Assembly: GCA_963691875.1 (NCBI GenBank)
Contig: OY829846.1
Coordinates: forward strand, 737,465 to 801,464
Direction: 5' to 3'
Source of the DNA: Aureliella sp.
GTDB taxonomy: Bacteria > Planctomycetota > Planctomycetia > Pirellulales > Pirellulaceae
DNA length: 64,000 nt
Positions within the stretch are counted from its first letter, which is position 1. The number at the start of each line of letters is the position of its first letter. The notes beneath the pieces were generated by a model, which searched no databases, had not been told where the DNA came from, and was given only the letters and a program-made list of their open reading frames with translations. This document shows, in pieces, positions 1 to 9,057 of this stretch. The position numbers were made by a program, and so were the translations under genes.

Positions 1-793
1 TACCCCGCAGCCTATGCATGCCATCCGGGGTTAGCCCCAGCTCGGGGTAGCGGTTTACGAACTTTGCGTTGCTTCGAAGACCATTCTTCTCATACCGTTC
101 ATAAATGAGCCAATCCGAGTACATTGCGGCTAGGTCTACATCGTCGTGTGTGCTACTCGGTTTCGATGGTTCTTCAGCTTGGCCTTTGTTCGGCTTCAAT
201 GGTTCCTGCTCTGCGAGATCCAGAAGCCAATCAATGATCTGCATTGATGCACTGTGGCAATCTATGTGCCACGCATACCAACCACTATCAGTGTCCGGGC
301 CGCTTTTGAAACCAGGATGCCCATATGCGTAGATACGCTTCAACTTGAACCCACAGTCCGGTCTTCGCTGTAGTCCGATTTCAACTATGAACTGCCACCA
401 ATCGTCTGCATTACTGACGAACTCTTCTGAATAGCTGCGAAGAAACTGCTTTCTGTATTCCCGGGAAACTACATCTATCGCAAGCTCGCCTAATCTGGCC
501 GGAACCCTCAGATCGTAGTTTTTGTTATCCGGCAATAGGTAACAAATATCCCTGACGAGATTTTCACGAATGCAATATCTCTGTTGTATGACTGCCTTTA
601 ATTCTGGCAGCTGAAACACTAGCTTATCGACCTTAATTGCGGGTAAACGGGTGCAGTTCTGCCGGATCAGGATGGGCAGTTCTCCGTGCCGATCTAACTT
701 ACGTTCAAAAGCCGCACGGAGTGTTCTAAGGCTACGGACAGAGGGCCGCCGCGGTTTCAATCCGGAGTGGTCCCCGGCTTTGTCTGCAGTCAT
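1..793 (-). CDS. Hypothetical protein, partial (runs off the left edge), >264 aa
   Basis: Hand translation from ATG at 793 gives MTADKAGDHSGLKPRRPSVRSL... with no stop down to base 1. It is absent from the ORF track, probably because no stop lies in the window. No family recognised. Confidence 0.6.
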   Translation of the reverse strand, partial: MTADKAGDHSGLKPRRPSVRSLRTLRAAFERKLDRHGELPILIRQNCTRLPAIKVDKLVFQLPELKAVIQQRYCIRENLVRDICYLLPDNKNYDLRVPARLGELAIDVVSREYRKQFLRSYSEEFVSNADDWWQFIVEIGLQRRPDCGFKLKRIYAYGHPGFKSGPDTDSGWYAWHIDCHSASMQIIDWLLDLAEQEPLKPNKGQAEEPSKPSSTHDDVDLAAMYSDWLIYERYEKNGLRSNAKFVNRYPELGLTPDGMHRLRG

Positions 794-1147
794 GGGAAGT
801 CCTATTCTTTGGCTGCCAGGCTGCGTCTCGGTACGGACGGAATAGGGCATCTGTACCGAAACACATTAGCGGGTAATTAGGCCGCAAACCTGGTCACGAT
901 AGCCTAATGGATTAGTCACACGGCCCCACCACCCCGCAGGTGTACGCAGCCCCCCTAAAAAGTATTTGCTAGGTCGCAATTGTGTGCGCGACACGATAGG
1001 TCGCTGCCGCTCCATTCCTCAGAATCTGACCGCCCCCCGGTGTCAGCACAGGCTAACATTCCACGGTTCCCTGCAGTGCATGCAGCAGCTCAGCTAAATG
1101 CTCATCGGCCAGATGCTCCCTGATGCATTCTGCGAACATCTCAGCCG

Positions 1148-1179
1148 GCTGTGGGGTACTTTTTGGGGTACTTTCGCTG
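1148..1179 (+). repeat. GGGGTAC direct repeat, candidate integrase arm-type site (copy 1)
   Basis: gctgtGGGGTACtttttGGGGTACtttcgctg; near-identical to 7257-7291; starts 69 bp before a tRNA 3' fragment. Confidence 0.7.
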
Positions 1180-1216
1180 CTGGTTTCGTTTGGCCCAATG
1201 TTTTGTTGGGTGGGTG

Positions 1217-1234
1217 AAGTCCTTGCGGGGGTAC
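1217..1234 (+). mobile_element. att core: duplicated tRNA 3' end (isotype uncertain, Leu or Arg-like)
   Basis: AAGT-CCTTG-CGGGGGT-A-C parses as T-loop 57-60, T-stem 3' strand, acceptor 3' strand and discriminator. No tRNA 5' half upstream; a terminator follows. Confidence 0.6.
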
Positions 1235-1238
1235 ATTT

Positions 1239-1271
1239 AAGCCGCTTTTCCCTGGGGAATGGCGGTTTTTT
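1239..1271 (+). terminator. Intrinsic terminator after the tRNA 3' fragment
   Basis: AAGCCGC...GCGGTTT stem with inner TTCCC/GGGAA pairing, followed by a T run. Confidence 0.6.
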
Positions 1272-1374
1272 GTTTCCATTCACTAAATAATTCATCTATC
1301 TTTGCGGATTATTTGCTTATTATCAAACACTTGCAGCGGTGCAGAAACCAGCCGCAAACACTATCCGGGCTTTG

Positions 1375-1777
1375 AAAGCAAGAAGAATTGATTCTGACTG
1401 AAAGAGGCACCAATGAGTGACCAACCAAATCCATACAGCGAGCCAGAGAGTAGCGAGCTACCTATCGTTGAAGCGAAGAAGCCCACAAGCAAGCGTAAAA
1501 TTTTGTATTTGATAGCGATCGGTGTCATCTGGACGCTTGCACTTATTGGTTTGGTACCAGTTGTGTTTACGGTCTGGCTTCTTCTTTATGGTCATAAGTA
1601 TTCTTGACCAGCAAATGCATGAAACAAGGCTCCAAAAGCAAGAAGAATTGATTCTGACTGAAAGAGGCACCAATGAGTGACCAACCAAATCCATACAGCG
1701 AGCCAGAGAGTAGCGAGCTACCTATCGTTGAAGCGAAGAAGCCCACAAGCAAGCGTAAAATTTTGTATTGGATAGCG
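1375..1777 (+). repeat. 135-bp perfect direct repeat with 260-bp period (1375-1509 / 1635-1769; extends to 1517/1777 with one mismatch)
   Basis: Direct comparison. The repeat covers the RBS (gaaagagg) and the first 32 codons of two ORFs. Confidence 0.95.
1413..1607 (+). CDS. Small membrane protein (NPY-motif N-terminus, hydrophobic C-terminus), 64 aa
   Basis: RBS-like AGAGG before ATG; MSDQPNPYSEP start typical of planctomycete small membrane proteins; hydrophobic segment LIAIGVIWTLALIGLVPVVFTVWLLL. Confidence 0.65.
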   Translation: MSDQPNPYSEPESSELPIVEAKKPTSKRKILYLIAIGVIWTLALIGLVPVVFTVWLLLYGHKYS

Positions 1778-1942
1778 TTTGGTGGCTGTGTCGTCCCGCT
1801 TGCACTTCTTGGTTTATTGACAGTTTGGCAAGTTTCGTTTTGGATCGCCACGGCTGGCAGTACACCCCCCCCTGCGGTGGATTTAGTGCGCCATACGGGC
1901 TGCTTTTCGCGCAGCGCGGGGCAAAGGTGCAATGAGTTGTAA
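1673..1942 (+). CDS. Small membrane protein, paralog with identical N-terminal 32 aa, 89 aa
   Basis: Same RBS and N-terminus as 1413-1607 but a different TM segment and tail; C8 tract at 1865-1872. Confidence 0.6.
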   Translation: MSDQPNPYSEPESSELPIVEAKKPTSKRKILYWIAFGGCVVPLALLGLLTVWQVSFWIATAGSTPPPAVDLVRHTGCFSRSAGQRCNEL

Positions 1943-2532
1943 CTAACCGGAGAATGAAGGCTCTTTTTCCTTTCTTTTTCCTCTGTTTCTCTCGTTTTCT
2001 GCGAGCAAAAGAAAAAAGCGTAGGAAAGATCTCTAGGCGATAGGCAATGTTACTCGGGCTGCATCTTCGCTACACGAGTCTGAGCGATAGATCTTCGCTT
2101 TCGATAACACGTTAGCCGGACTTCGGGTGCTAAACACTATTATCAATCGTTCGTCGAAGGTCGGATGAGCATGTTGAATCGGTCTTAAGTCTACTCAATA
2201 TGTCGAGTGTTTCCTTGTTGACGTGGAGTACATTGATTACCCGTGTATGGGTTATCTAAGCTAAGCTGTTTGTCCCAAGCGGGCGCACCCGAGTCGCTAC
2301 TGAGATTTCTTCGACGGACGGAGTCTCGCACGATAGTTCGCTGCTTCATAGAATTCAGAGATGATCTAGGGCAGGTAAAATACACGGCGGGCGAGATATG
2401 CTGTCTTTTTACCCTGAATGCATCAGCGCAGATCGGGTCAACCGGCCAAATAGGTTCAGGGCAGATGTGAAGAGGCTCCTGGCGTTATTGGACTCAGATT
2501 TGAGAAGATAGATGGCTGGAAGGAGAATAAGG

Positions 2533-3389
2533 ATGAATCAATGGAGAATAAGCACGGTGTGCTCTTTCCTGTGTCTGGCAGGTTTGTTGGGCTGTCGGCC
2601 CAACATTGAAAAGACCGAAGCAGAAGTACCTGCTGTTGAGAGTCAGCCAACAACCAGCGAGATTCGGATTCTGGCTTGGAATGTTGAGTCCGGCGGAAGC
2701 GAAGCAGAGACCATAGCAACACAGCTCTCCGAGTTTAACACCTATGATTTGTACGCTTTGAGCGAAGTGTCACCGCGACACTTTAAGATCTTTTCCAGCG
2801 CTGTTGGTGACAACTTTACCTCATTGGAGAGCAGGAGTGGCGCAAGTGATCGGTTGCAAATCATCTTTGACAAAAGTCGTTTCGAGCTCCTTGAGCTAGA
2901 TGAGCCTCAGGAGATTGAGGGCATCAAAGTAAACGACGGGAACCATCGTTCACCACTGATCGTGCACCTGAAAGACCGCCGGACCGGCGAGGAGATGCTA
3001 CTGACAGTAGTACATCTTGCGAGACGGAACGAGGAACTACGCGAGCAACAAGCTTTGGGCCTGACTGAGTGGGCGCGAGGCAAGTCGATACCTATGGTTG
3101 CCAATGGCGATTTCAATTTCGACTATTCATTTGTAACTCACGAGGGCAATCAGTCGTGCGCAGCAATGTTTGGCAGTGGGTTAAGCCGCAGGAATGGATC
3201 GATACGAATTGGTCTGGTAATTCTCAAGGCAAAGACCGTTATCCGGATTCGATGCTTGACTTCGCTTTTGTGGCTGGGAAGGCGCGAGAATGGGAGCCTG
3301 TCTGCAACGTGATAGTTCGTCCCGGAGATTTTCCGGATGACGAAAAGACAAGCGACCATCGGCCGACTGAATTAATACTGCATCCATGA
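2533..3389 (+). pseudogene. Endonuclease/exonuclease/phosphatase (EEP) family lipoprotein, frameshifted near 3165
   Basis: Lipobox-like LLGC, ILAWNVES and ANGDFNFD in one frame; VWQWVKP...LDFAFV...SDHRP in the shifted frame ending at 3389. Confidence 0.8.
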
Positions 3390-3523
3390 TGCGACGTGCG
3401 GCATTGATTGATGCTGTGTCTTCTGTCCCCGTGAGATCCGGGTTCTAATCGACGACTTCATCAACTACGAACTCTGCTTCCCGGGAGCCGTTACTGGCTC
3501 CACAAAGGCCAAATGTACGTACT

Positions 3524-4261
3524 ATGACGAGCTACTTACGGTTCCAGTCGATGAAGCAGCGAGAACTTGTGCCAGAGCTCATGGACGATCCCCAGTTGGA
3601 TCGGCTTGAGCATCAAGCTGCTCTCGAAGGACTAAAGCGAATCAATGCCTGGACTGGCAATCCTAGACTCGCATGGAGTTTTTTGCGAAAAAGCATTTCA
3701 AAAGGTCCTGTCAACCAAAAGCTCAGTCTTCTCGATGTAGCAACCGGCTCAGCGGATATACCAATCGCTATACATAGATTGAGTACGAAAACAGGACAAA
3801 GTCTGAGTGTCACTGCCAGCGATATTAGTGTAGCCGCACTTTTGGTAGCCCGACAGCAGGCGTGGAATAATCGAGCGAATATCGAACTGATTGAACATGA
3901 TGTTGTCCAAAACGATATCGAGGGAAAATTCGATTTCGTCATGTCTTCACAATTCCTGCACCATTTGAACGAAAACGAGGTTGTTACCGTTCTAAAGCGA
4001 ATGCGGTCTGCAGCCCGTAGAAAGGTGATAGTGATTGATCTTCACCGGAGCTGGATGAACTTCTATCAAGTTTGGCTCGCCACGCGTTTGCTAAGTCGAT
4101 CAAGAGTCGTGCACTTCGATGGTCCACAATCTATTCGGGCTGCATTCACTTTAAAGGAGTTCGAGAAGCTGGCCGTTCGAGCAGGCTTTCGCGATTTCGA
4201 GCTCTCGTTGAGGTGGCCATGCAGGTTTGTATTCTGTGGGAAAGGCAATGGCACCAATTAA
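3524..4261 (+). CDS. Class I SAM-dependent methyltransferase (PKS-associated)
   Basis: ELMDDP N-terminal motif, LLDVATGSAD SAM-binding loop, FLHH motif. Confidence 0.9.
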   Translation: MTSYLRFQSMKQRELVPELMDDPQLDRLEHQAALEGLKRINAWTGNPRLAWSFLRKSISKGPVNQKLSLLDVATGSADIPIAIHRLSTKTGQSLSVTASDISVAALLVARQQAWNNRANIELIEHDVVQNDIEGKFDFVMSSQFLHHLNENEVVTVLKRMRSAARRKVIVIDLHRSWMNFYQVWLATRLLSRSRVVHFDGPQSIRAAFTLKEFEKLAVRAGFRDFELSLRWPCRFVFCGKGNGTN

Positions 4262-5447
4262 AGAAGTTCCTTCGACTATTGAAATTGACCAAGTGGTAAG
4301 TGGCTCGTGGGATATTGTCGTAATCGGGGCGGGGCTAGCGGGCGCTCTATGCGCACGTCAGTTAGCTCTACAGGGCTGCAAAGTATTGCTTGTCGACCAA
4401 GCCAAGTTCCCCCGATGGAAAGTCTGTGGTTGCTGCCTAAACGGTGCTGCAATCGATGTACTCGCTCGATCGGGGCTTCGCGAATTAATCATGGATTGCA
4501 ATGCGATTCCGCTCAAAGGTCTCGAGCTTTCTTCCGGTCATCGTGTTGCCACTTTTGAACATAAACATGGTGTAGTCGTTTCGCGGGAGAGACTAGATAG
4601 CGCATTGATCCACGCAGCGATCGAGGCAGGTGTCGAATTTATTCACGGGGTCAAAGCACAGATAGATCCGATCGATCCGCAGCAGGTAATCGTGCATCTC
4701 AGAAATATTCCGACGCACGTATCTATTACGGTTCCAATCGCAATCGCAGCAACTGGTCTAGGCGCGCGAGTTTTCTCTGATTGCGTTCATGAGTATCGAG
4801 AAGTCGCAACCTCATCACGAGTCGGTTTGGGGGCAGTGATTGAAGACTGCCCTTCCGAAGTTGAACCCGGTGTAATCTATATGCACTGTAATTCAGAAGG
4901 TTACGTTGGGCTAGTGCGATTAGAAGATAATCGTCTGGACATTGCAGCGGCCTTGGACGCTGACGCAATCAAGCGTTCTCGCGGACCTGCGGAACTAATT
5001 ACCAAGATCTTGAAACAATCGTCAGCTCGTGCGCTGGCGGGCATTCGCTCAGCTTCATGGCAAGGAACGCCCAAGCTGACACAACGACGGGCTAATGTTG
5101 CCGAGCATGGTTGTCTTTTCATCGGAGATGCCGCGGGCTACGTTGAGCCCTTCACCGGGGAAGGCATGGCGTGGGCACTGGCTTGCGGTTACACCTCGGC
5201 AGCATTGGCGGCACGTGCCATCAATGCGAACGAAACCGAAAGGGTCGCCGAACAATGGAAAAAACATCATCGAGAGATGATTGTTCGTCGTTCCCGGGCC
5301 TGCAAACTTATCAGTCTGGGATTGCGTTATCCGATTGTTCCTCAGTTCTCGGTGCGTGCACTGTCGGTCTTTCCATGGTTGGCACAACCGATCGTCCGAT
5401 CCATGAACGCACCTTTCGATTTGAATGCTCTTCCTGATTTCACGTGA
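4248..5447 (+). CDS. FAD-dependent oxidoreductase (geranylgeranyl-reductase/aromatic hydroxylase-like)
   Basis: VVIGAGLAG Rossmann motif, KVCGCCL, IGDAAGYVEPFTGEGM. ATG at 4248 overlaps the methyltransferase end. Confidence 0.9.
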   Translation: MAPIKEVPSTIEIDQVVSGSWDIVVIGAGLAGALCARQLALQGCKVLLVDQAKFPRWKVCGCCLNGAAIDVLARSGLRELIMDCNAIPLKGLELSSGHRVATFEHKHGVVVSRERLDSALIHAAIEAGVEFIHGVKAQIDPIDPQQVIVHLRNIPTHVSITVPIAIAATGLGARVFSDCVHEYREVATSSRVGLGAVIEDCPSEVEPGVIYMHCNSEGYVGLVRLEDNRLDIAAALDADAIKRSRGPAELITKILKQSSARALAGIRSASWQGTPKLTQRRANVAEHGCLFIGDAAGYVEPFTGEGMAWALACGYTSAALAARAINANETERVAEQWKKHHREMIVRRSRACKLISLGLRYPIVPQFSVRALSVFPWLAQPIVRSMNAPFDLNALPDFT

Positions 5448-5449
5448 AG

Positions 5450-6526
5450 CTATTCAAAGAGCGCTGTTTCAGCCATAAGCCCAGGTCCAAAGCCCAACGC
5501 TAGGTGCGGCCCTTTCGATTGCTGTTTCAAAAAACGCTGCAAGACGAACAAAATTGTCGGAGATGACATGTTGCCGTGTTCGGCCAAAACCGCTCGAGAA
5601 TTATTGAGATCTTCCTTTCCGAGCCCCAGTGCTACTTCAACGGCATCGAGGATTTTTGGTCCGCCGGGATGCACGACCCAAGACTGTATCGACGCCAAAC
5701 TGTGGCCACGATCAGACAGCCATTGCTCGAGCCAAGGCCGGAGATTCGCGGAAATTAAGGGGGGAACAGCACTATCGAGCGACATGTCGAATCCAAAATC
5801 CCCGACTTCCCAAGTAATTGCTTCTCGAGAATCTCCAATCAAGTAGGAGGCAGTGTCTGCCAATGAACAAACCGTTCTTTGAGAACTATTTCCTTCCACA
5901 ATCAGGGAGGCTGCTCCATCCGCGAAAAGTGCGTTGCCAAGCATCCGTTTCGGATCCCACTGAAACTTGAAATGCAAACTGCATAACTCGACCGCGACAA
6001 GGAGGATTTTGGCGGAAGGCTGAAATGATGCGAGCCCCAGTGCAGCTCGTAGTCCGTTAATCGCGCCATGACATCCCATGAATCCGACGTTTAGTCGTTG
6101 AGCGCTAGGGGACAAACCAAGTTGATCGAATAGATGGATGTCGACTCCCGGCGCATCGAATCCGGTGCATGATACCGTTACAACATGCGTGATCTCTGAA
6201 GGCTCCACACTCGCGTCCGCCAACGATTTTTCTGCGGCCTCGACTGCGAGTGGACCGGAGTGTTCAGCGTACAACTCCATTCGTTCCCGGGTCGTTGGCC
6301 CTGGCTCGCTGCTGGGCGGGGCACCACGGTCTATCCAGTCGTAAGCAATCGTATATGGCACGCAAGTCCTACGCTGCTCAACATACGATTTGCGGTACAT
6401 CGCACTTAGCAATCGTACTTCCCGATTGTCCCGACAGATGAGGTCTTTCGACATCTCGAGCGCTTGCTGCTGAGTCATCGTATGATTGGGTACCGCAAAT
6501 CCAAAACCAACTATCGAAGCCGCCAC
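5450..6526 (-). CDS. Type III polyketide synthase (chalcone/alkylresorcinol synthase-like)
   Basis: Catalytic triad contexts GFMGCHG, HPGG and GNMSS; LFADGA; GFGPGL. Confidence 0.95.
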   Translation of the reverse strand: MAASIVGFGFAVPNHTMTQQQALEMSKDLICRDNREVRLLSAMYRKSYVEQRRTCVPYTIAYDWIDRGAPPSSEPGPTTRERMELYAEHSGPLAVEAAEKSLADASVEPSEITHVVTVSCTGFDAPGVDIHLFDQLGLSPSAQRLNVGFMGCHGAINGLRAALGLASFQPSAKILLVAVELCSLHFKFQWDPKRMLGNALFADGAASLIVEGNSSQRTVCSLADTASYLIGDSREAITWEVGDFGFDMSLDSAVPPLISANLRPWLEQWLSDRGHSLASIQSWVVHPGGPKILDAVEVALGLGKEDLNNSRAVLAEHGNMSSPTILFVLQRFLKQQSKGPHLALGFGPGLMAETALFE

Positions 6527-7256
6527 ATCAGTTCCTTAGGTGTTCGGTATATCAGAGCCTGTGGATCCTTCGCACGTAGATTTCGTGTTCAAGCATTGGA
6601 CACGATAACGAAACAAAGACTCGCAAGTGCGTAAAGTTTATTCAAAGGAGGGCCACTGAAAATATATAGCTTCAAGAATATGTAGAAATTGGTGCTTGAT
6701 TCTCCTCAGGGCAGTCAGACACAGTCGCACAGCTCGGAAATGCGCCCCCAACTTTTTCGGTATGTCGCTTCAAACAATATCCTTTGCTACGGATGGAACA
6801 TCTTAGAACATCTGATCGAACGACTGGCCTTGTCAGAATTCAACCACTCCAGCGTAAAGTCAACGATGTTGCTGCTTGGATCTCAAAGAGGCTCAGCATT
6901 GGCTTGTTTTTCCGGCTGCGGCCATGCCAAAGACGTCAGATCGTGTTGCGTTCAACATTCTCCGCCGTCCACTGCTATCTTTAAAAATTCCGAGATAAGT
7001 CATGTACCAGTAAAATGCCCCATTTCCTGATACAGAGTTGTGAAGGTATTTGTTGGTAAATAGTTTTGTTTTTATCGCACTGCTTCGACCTGGCTATCGC
7101 TGCGACCGGAGCTGTAGCTTTCTGCGGTTTCGATGGACCATCTTCGGGGCTTTTATTACCCTGGTGATGGACATACGCCTCGCAAAGCCTGTATCAGGTC
7201 TGCCACTTGCGGTGCGGTCAGATGTTCCCCAAGACAGGCTGCGACCATATCAATTT

Positions 7257-7291
7257 GCTGTGGGGTGCTTTTTGGGGTACTTTGGTCGCTG
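7257..7291 (+). repeat. GGGGT(G/A)C direct repeat, candidate integrase arm-type site (copy 2)
   Basis: gctgtGGGGTGCtttttGGGGTACtttggtcgctg; starts 69 bp before the tRNA-Glu-like fragment. Confidence 0.7.
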
Positions 7292-7325
7292 AATCCAGCA
7301 GACCCTTGTTTTTGTTGTTCGGGCA

Positions 7326-7343
7326 GAGTCCCGTAGGGGTCAC
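7326..7343 (+). mobile_element. att core: duplicated 3' end of a tRNA, probably tRNA-Glu
   Basis: GAGT-CCCGT-AGGGGTC-A-C matches the 3' end of tRNA-Glu genes beginning GACCCCT. No 5' half upstream. Confidence 0.75.
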
Positions 7344-7345
7344 TG

Positions 7346-7380
7346 AAACCCTCAGGAGCGAAAGTTCCTGAGGGTTTTTT
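7346..7380 (+). terminator. Intrinsic terminator after the tRNA-Glu fragment
   Basis: Perfect 12-bp stem AAACCCTCAGGA / TCCTGAGGGTTT with an 8-nt loop, followed by a T run. Confidence 0.85.
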
Positions 7381-7386
7381 CTTGCC

Positions 7387-7809
7387 TTAAGCTGACATCG
7401 TGTCAAGCATGACACCGCCAGCGACAACGCCATTTCCATCTGCTACTGACACGACTTCACTAGCCAGCGGCACAGATGTTGTCGTGGCACCTGCTCTCCA
7501 GTGCTTAGCTGTAACTTGCAGATAGTAACTCTCCGCGGTCTTGGTTGAATGCCCGAGCTAAGCGTCTACAACATGAGACGGGAAGCGTTCCTGCAACCCT
7601 GTCCTCCGCGTTGATAGCAGGTTGATGGACGCCTTGGGCCAAGGTGGGTGCCCCCGATATTTGATACACCTTGATGAGAGCATCAATTGGGTAATGGGAT
7701 CTGCATCAGTGTTGTACTTCTGCTTCGCCGCAGATGGTGGTTCCACGCTAAGCCCCGTATTTTCATCGTCGCAATTCACCACGGACCGCACCAGAGCATG
7801 TAATTGCAT
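7387..7809 (-). pseudogene. Tyrosine recombinase/integrase C-terminal remnant
   Basis: Reading through TAG at 7558-7560 gives PWPKASINLLSTRRTGLQERFPSHVVDA*LGHSTKTAESYYLQVTAKH, resembling the planctomycete integrase tail PWPK..QNLR.TR.TEL...FP.HVV..WLG.S...A..HYLQVT. Confidence 0.8.
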
Positions 7810-8048
7810 CGCATGACAAACAACACTGCTCTAGAAAGAAAGCAGGTGAAAGCGCGTAGGCCAAAGTCGCAACTTTGCCTTCAACACCAACTGAAATCTT
7901 GGTTTCGAATTATTCGATCAACCACTAACATGATGTAATCTAAGTTTTGTTCCAAAAGTGGAAAGCGTTCGATCTGACGTTGCAATTTTTTTCACCCCCC
8001 AAGAACTTTGCAGTAAGCGAATAACTTCCTTCGGACATCGCAAATGGG

Positions 8049-9057
8049 TTATCGCAAGGAAGCTCTTCTTCGTCGATGAGCAAGTCCCATCAAACCGGCA
8101 CTTACTAAGACTGCAAGCGAACCAGGCTCTGGCACAGCGATAGACGAACGACTTGCAACTCGGAAACCGTAATCGCCGGCCTCGATCGAAGGGGAGAACG
8201 TGTTGCGACGCCGCGAAGACAAGGCTTCGGAAGACGAGCCATCGGGTATGGCCCAGCTCCCACCACGGACCCCGCGATTCGACGAACCTGAACTATTGTT
8301 TAGGTTAAAGCTTGTCTCTTCCCATTCGTACACATTACCCCCAAACCCATGATTCCAAACGGACTCAACCCACCTGCCTGAGTGATGTCCGCTGGGCCTT
8401 GAGAATCAGATGTGCGTACACCGCCGTGTTGTCGTCCTTACCACTGGACACGGGGGACGGCTTATTTCCATTCAGGCTGGGCCAGGCACCATAACTTCCT
8501 GTAATCGGATTGTAATACGCCGCCTTGTACCACTCGTCCATACTAGCGAGCCAGTATTGTGCGTCCTTGTGACGGTAGAGATTTTCGCCACCCAGTTGCC
8601 AAGCTTCAGCCGAACTCCACAATGAAATATCGTCGTTTACACCACCCTTAGTGAAGTTATACGCCGCCTGGAAACCCTGGCTGGTGTTCAGCCAGTTCAC
8701 AAATCGAGCCGCTTCATTCCATGACACAGACGTTGCTGGCTTCTCCGTCCCGCGTGTTTGCTTTGTGATTTCCAACGATTGTGAGGCATTGAACTTTGTG
8801 ATCATGTCTTCGCTGACTTAGTACTTACCCATCTGGAAGGTGTACTCGACCTTTCCCGCGGTCCCTGGATTACCGGTCGTGTCGTCGGGGTTGTTGGGAC
8901 TACCGATTTCGACGAACGTCATACCGAACTGGTTGGCACCGCTGCCAAAGGTAACGATGTCACCGTACAACGGCGAACTGCCGGCTAGGGCGAGACAAAC
9001 TATGGTGAAGGCAAGTGAAGCCAGGTTTCTAGAGAACATATCAGTGGTGTTTTTCAT
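8049..9057 (-). pseudogene. PEP-CTERM-anchored formylglycine-generating-enzyme (FGE/SUMF1) domain protein with a nonsense codon and a frameshift
   Basis: Signal peptide; MGKY*VSEDMITKFNA (TAA at 8818-8820 in frame); frameshift near 8400; then GGNVYEW, RGGSW, GFRVA and VPEPGS-TM-RRRR. Confidence 0.9.

Noticed and set aside
1053-1295. 80-aa minus-strand ORF
   Set aside because: It runs across the att core, arm motif and terminator; probably incidental.
1375-1777. CRISPR array or DGR template/variable repeat
   Set aside because: Only two copies of a 135-bp unit that is protein-coding; no adenine-specific mismatches; no cas or reverse transcriptase gene in the window.
1951-2035. Pyrimidine tract followed by a purine tract as a structured RNA
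   Set aside because: Low-complexity pairing only; could be a weak terminator but is not supportable.
7133-7336. GFYYPGDGHTP resembling a metallo-beta-lactamase loop
   Set aside because: No other MBL motifs in any frame, and the ORF overlaps the arm and att sites; too short to support.
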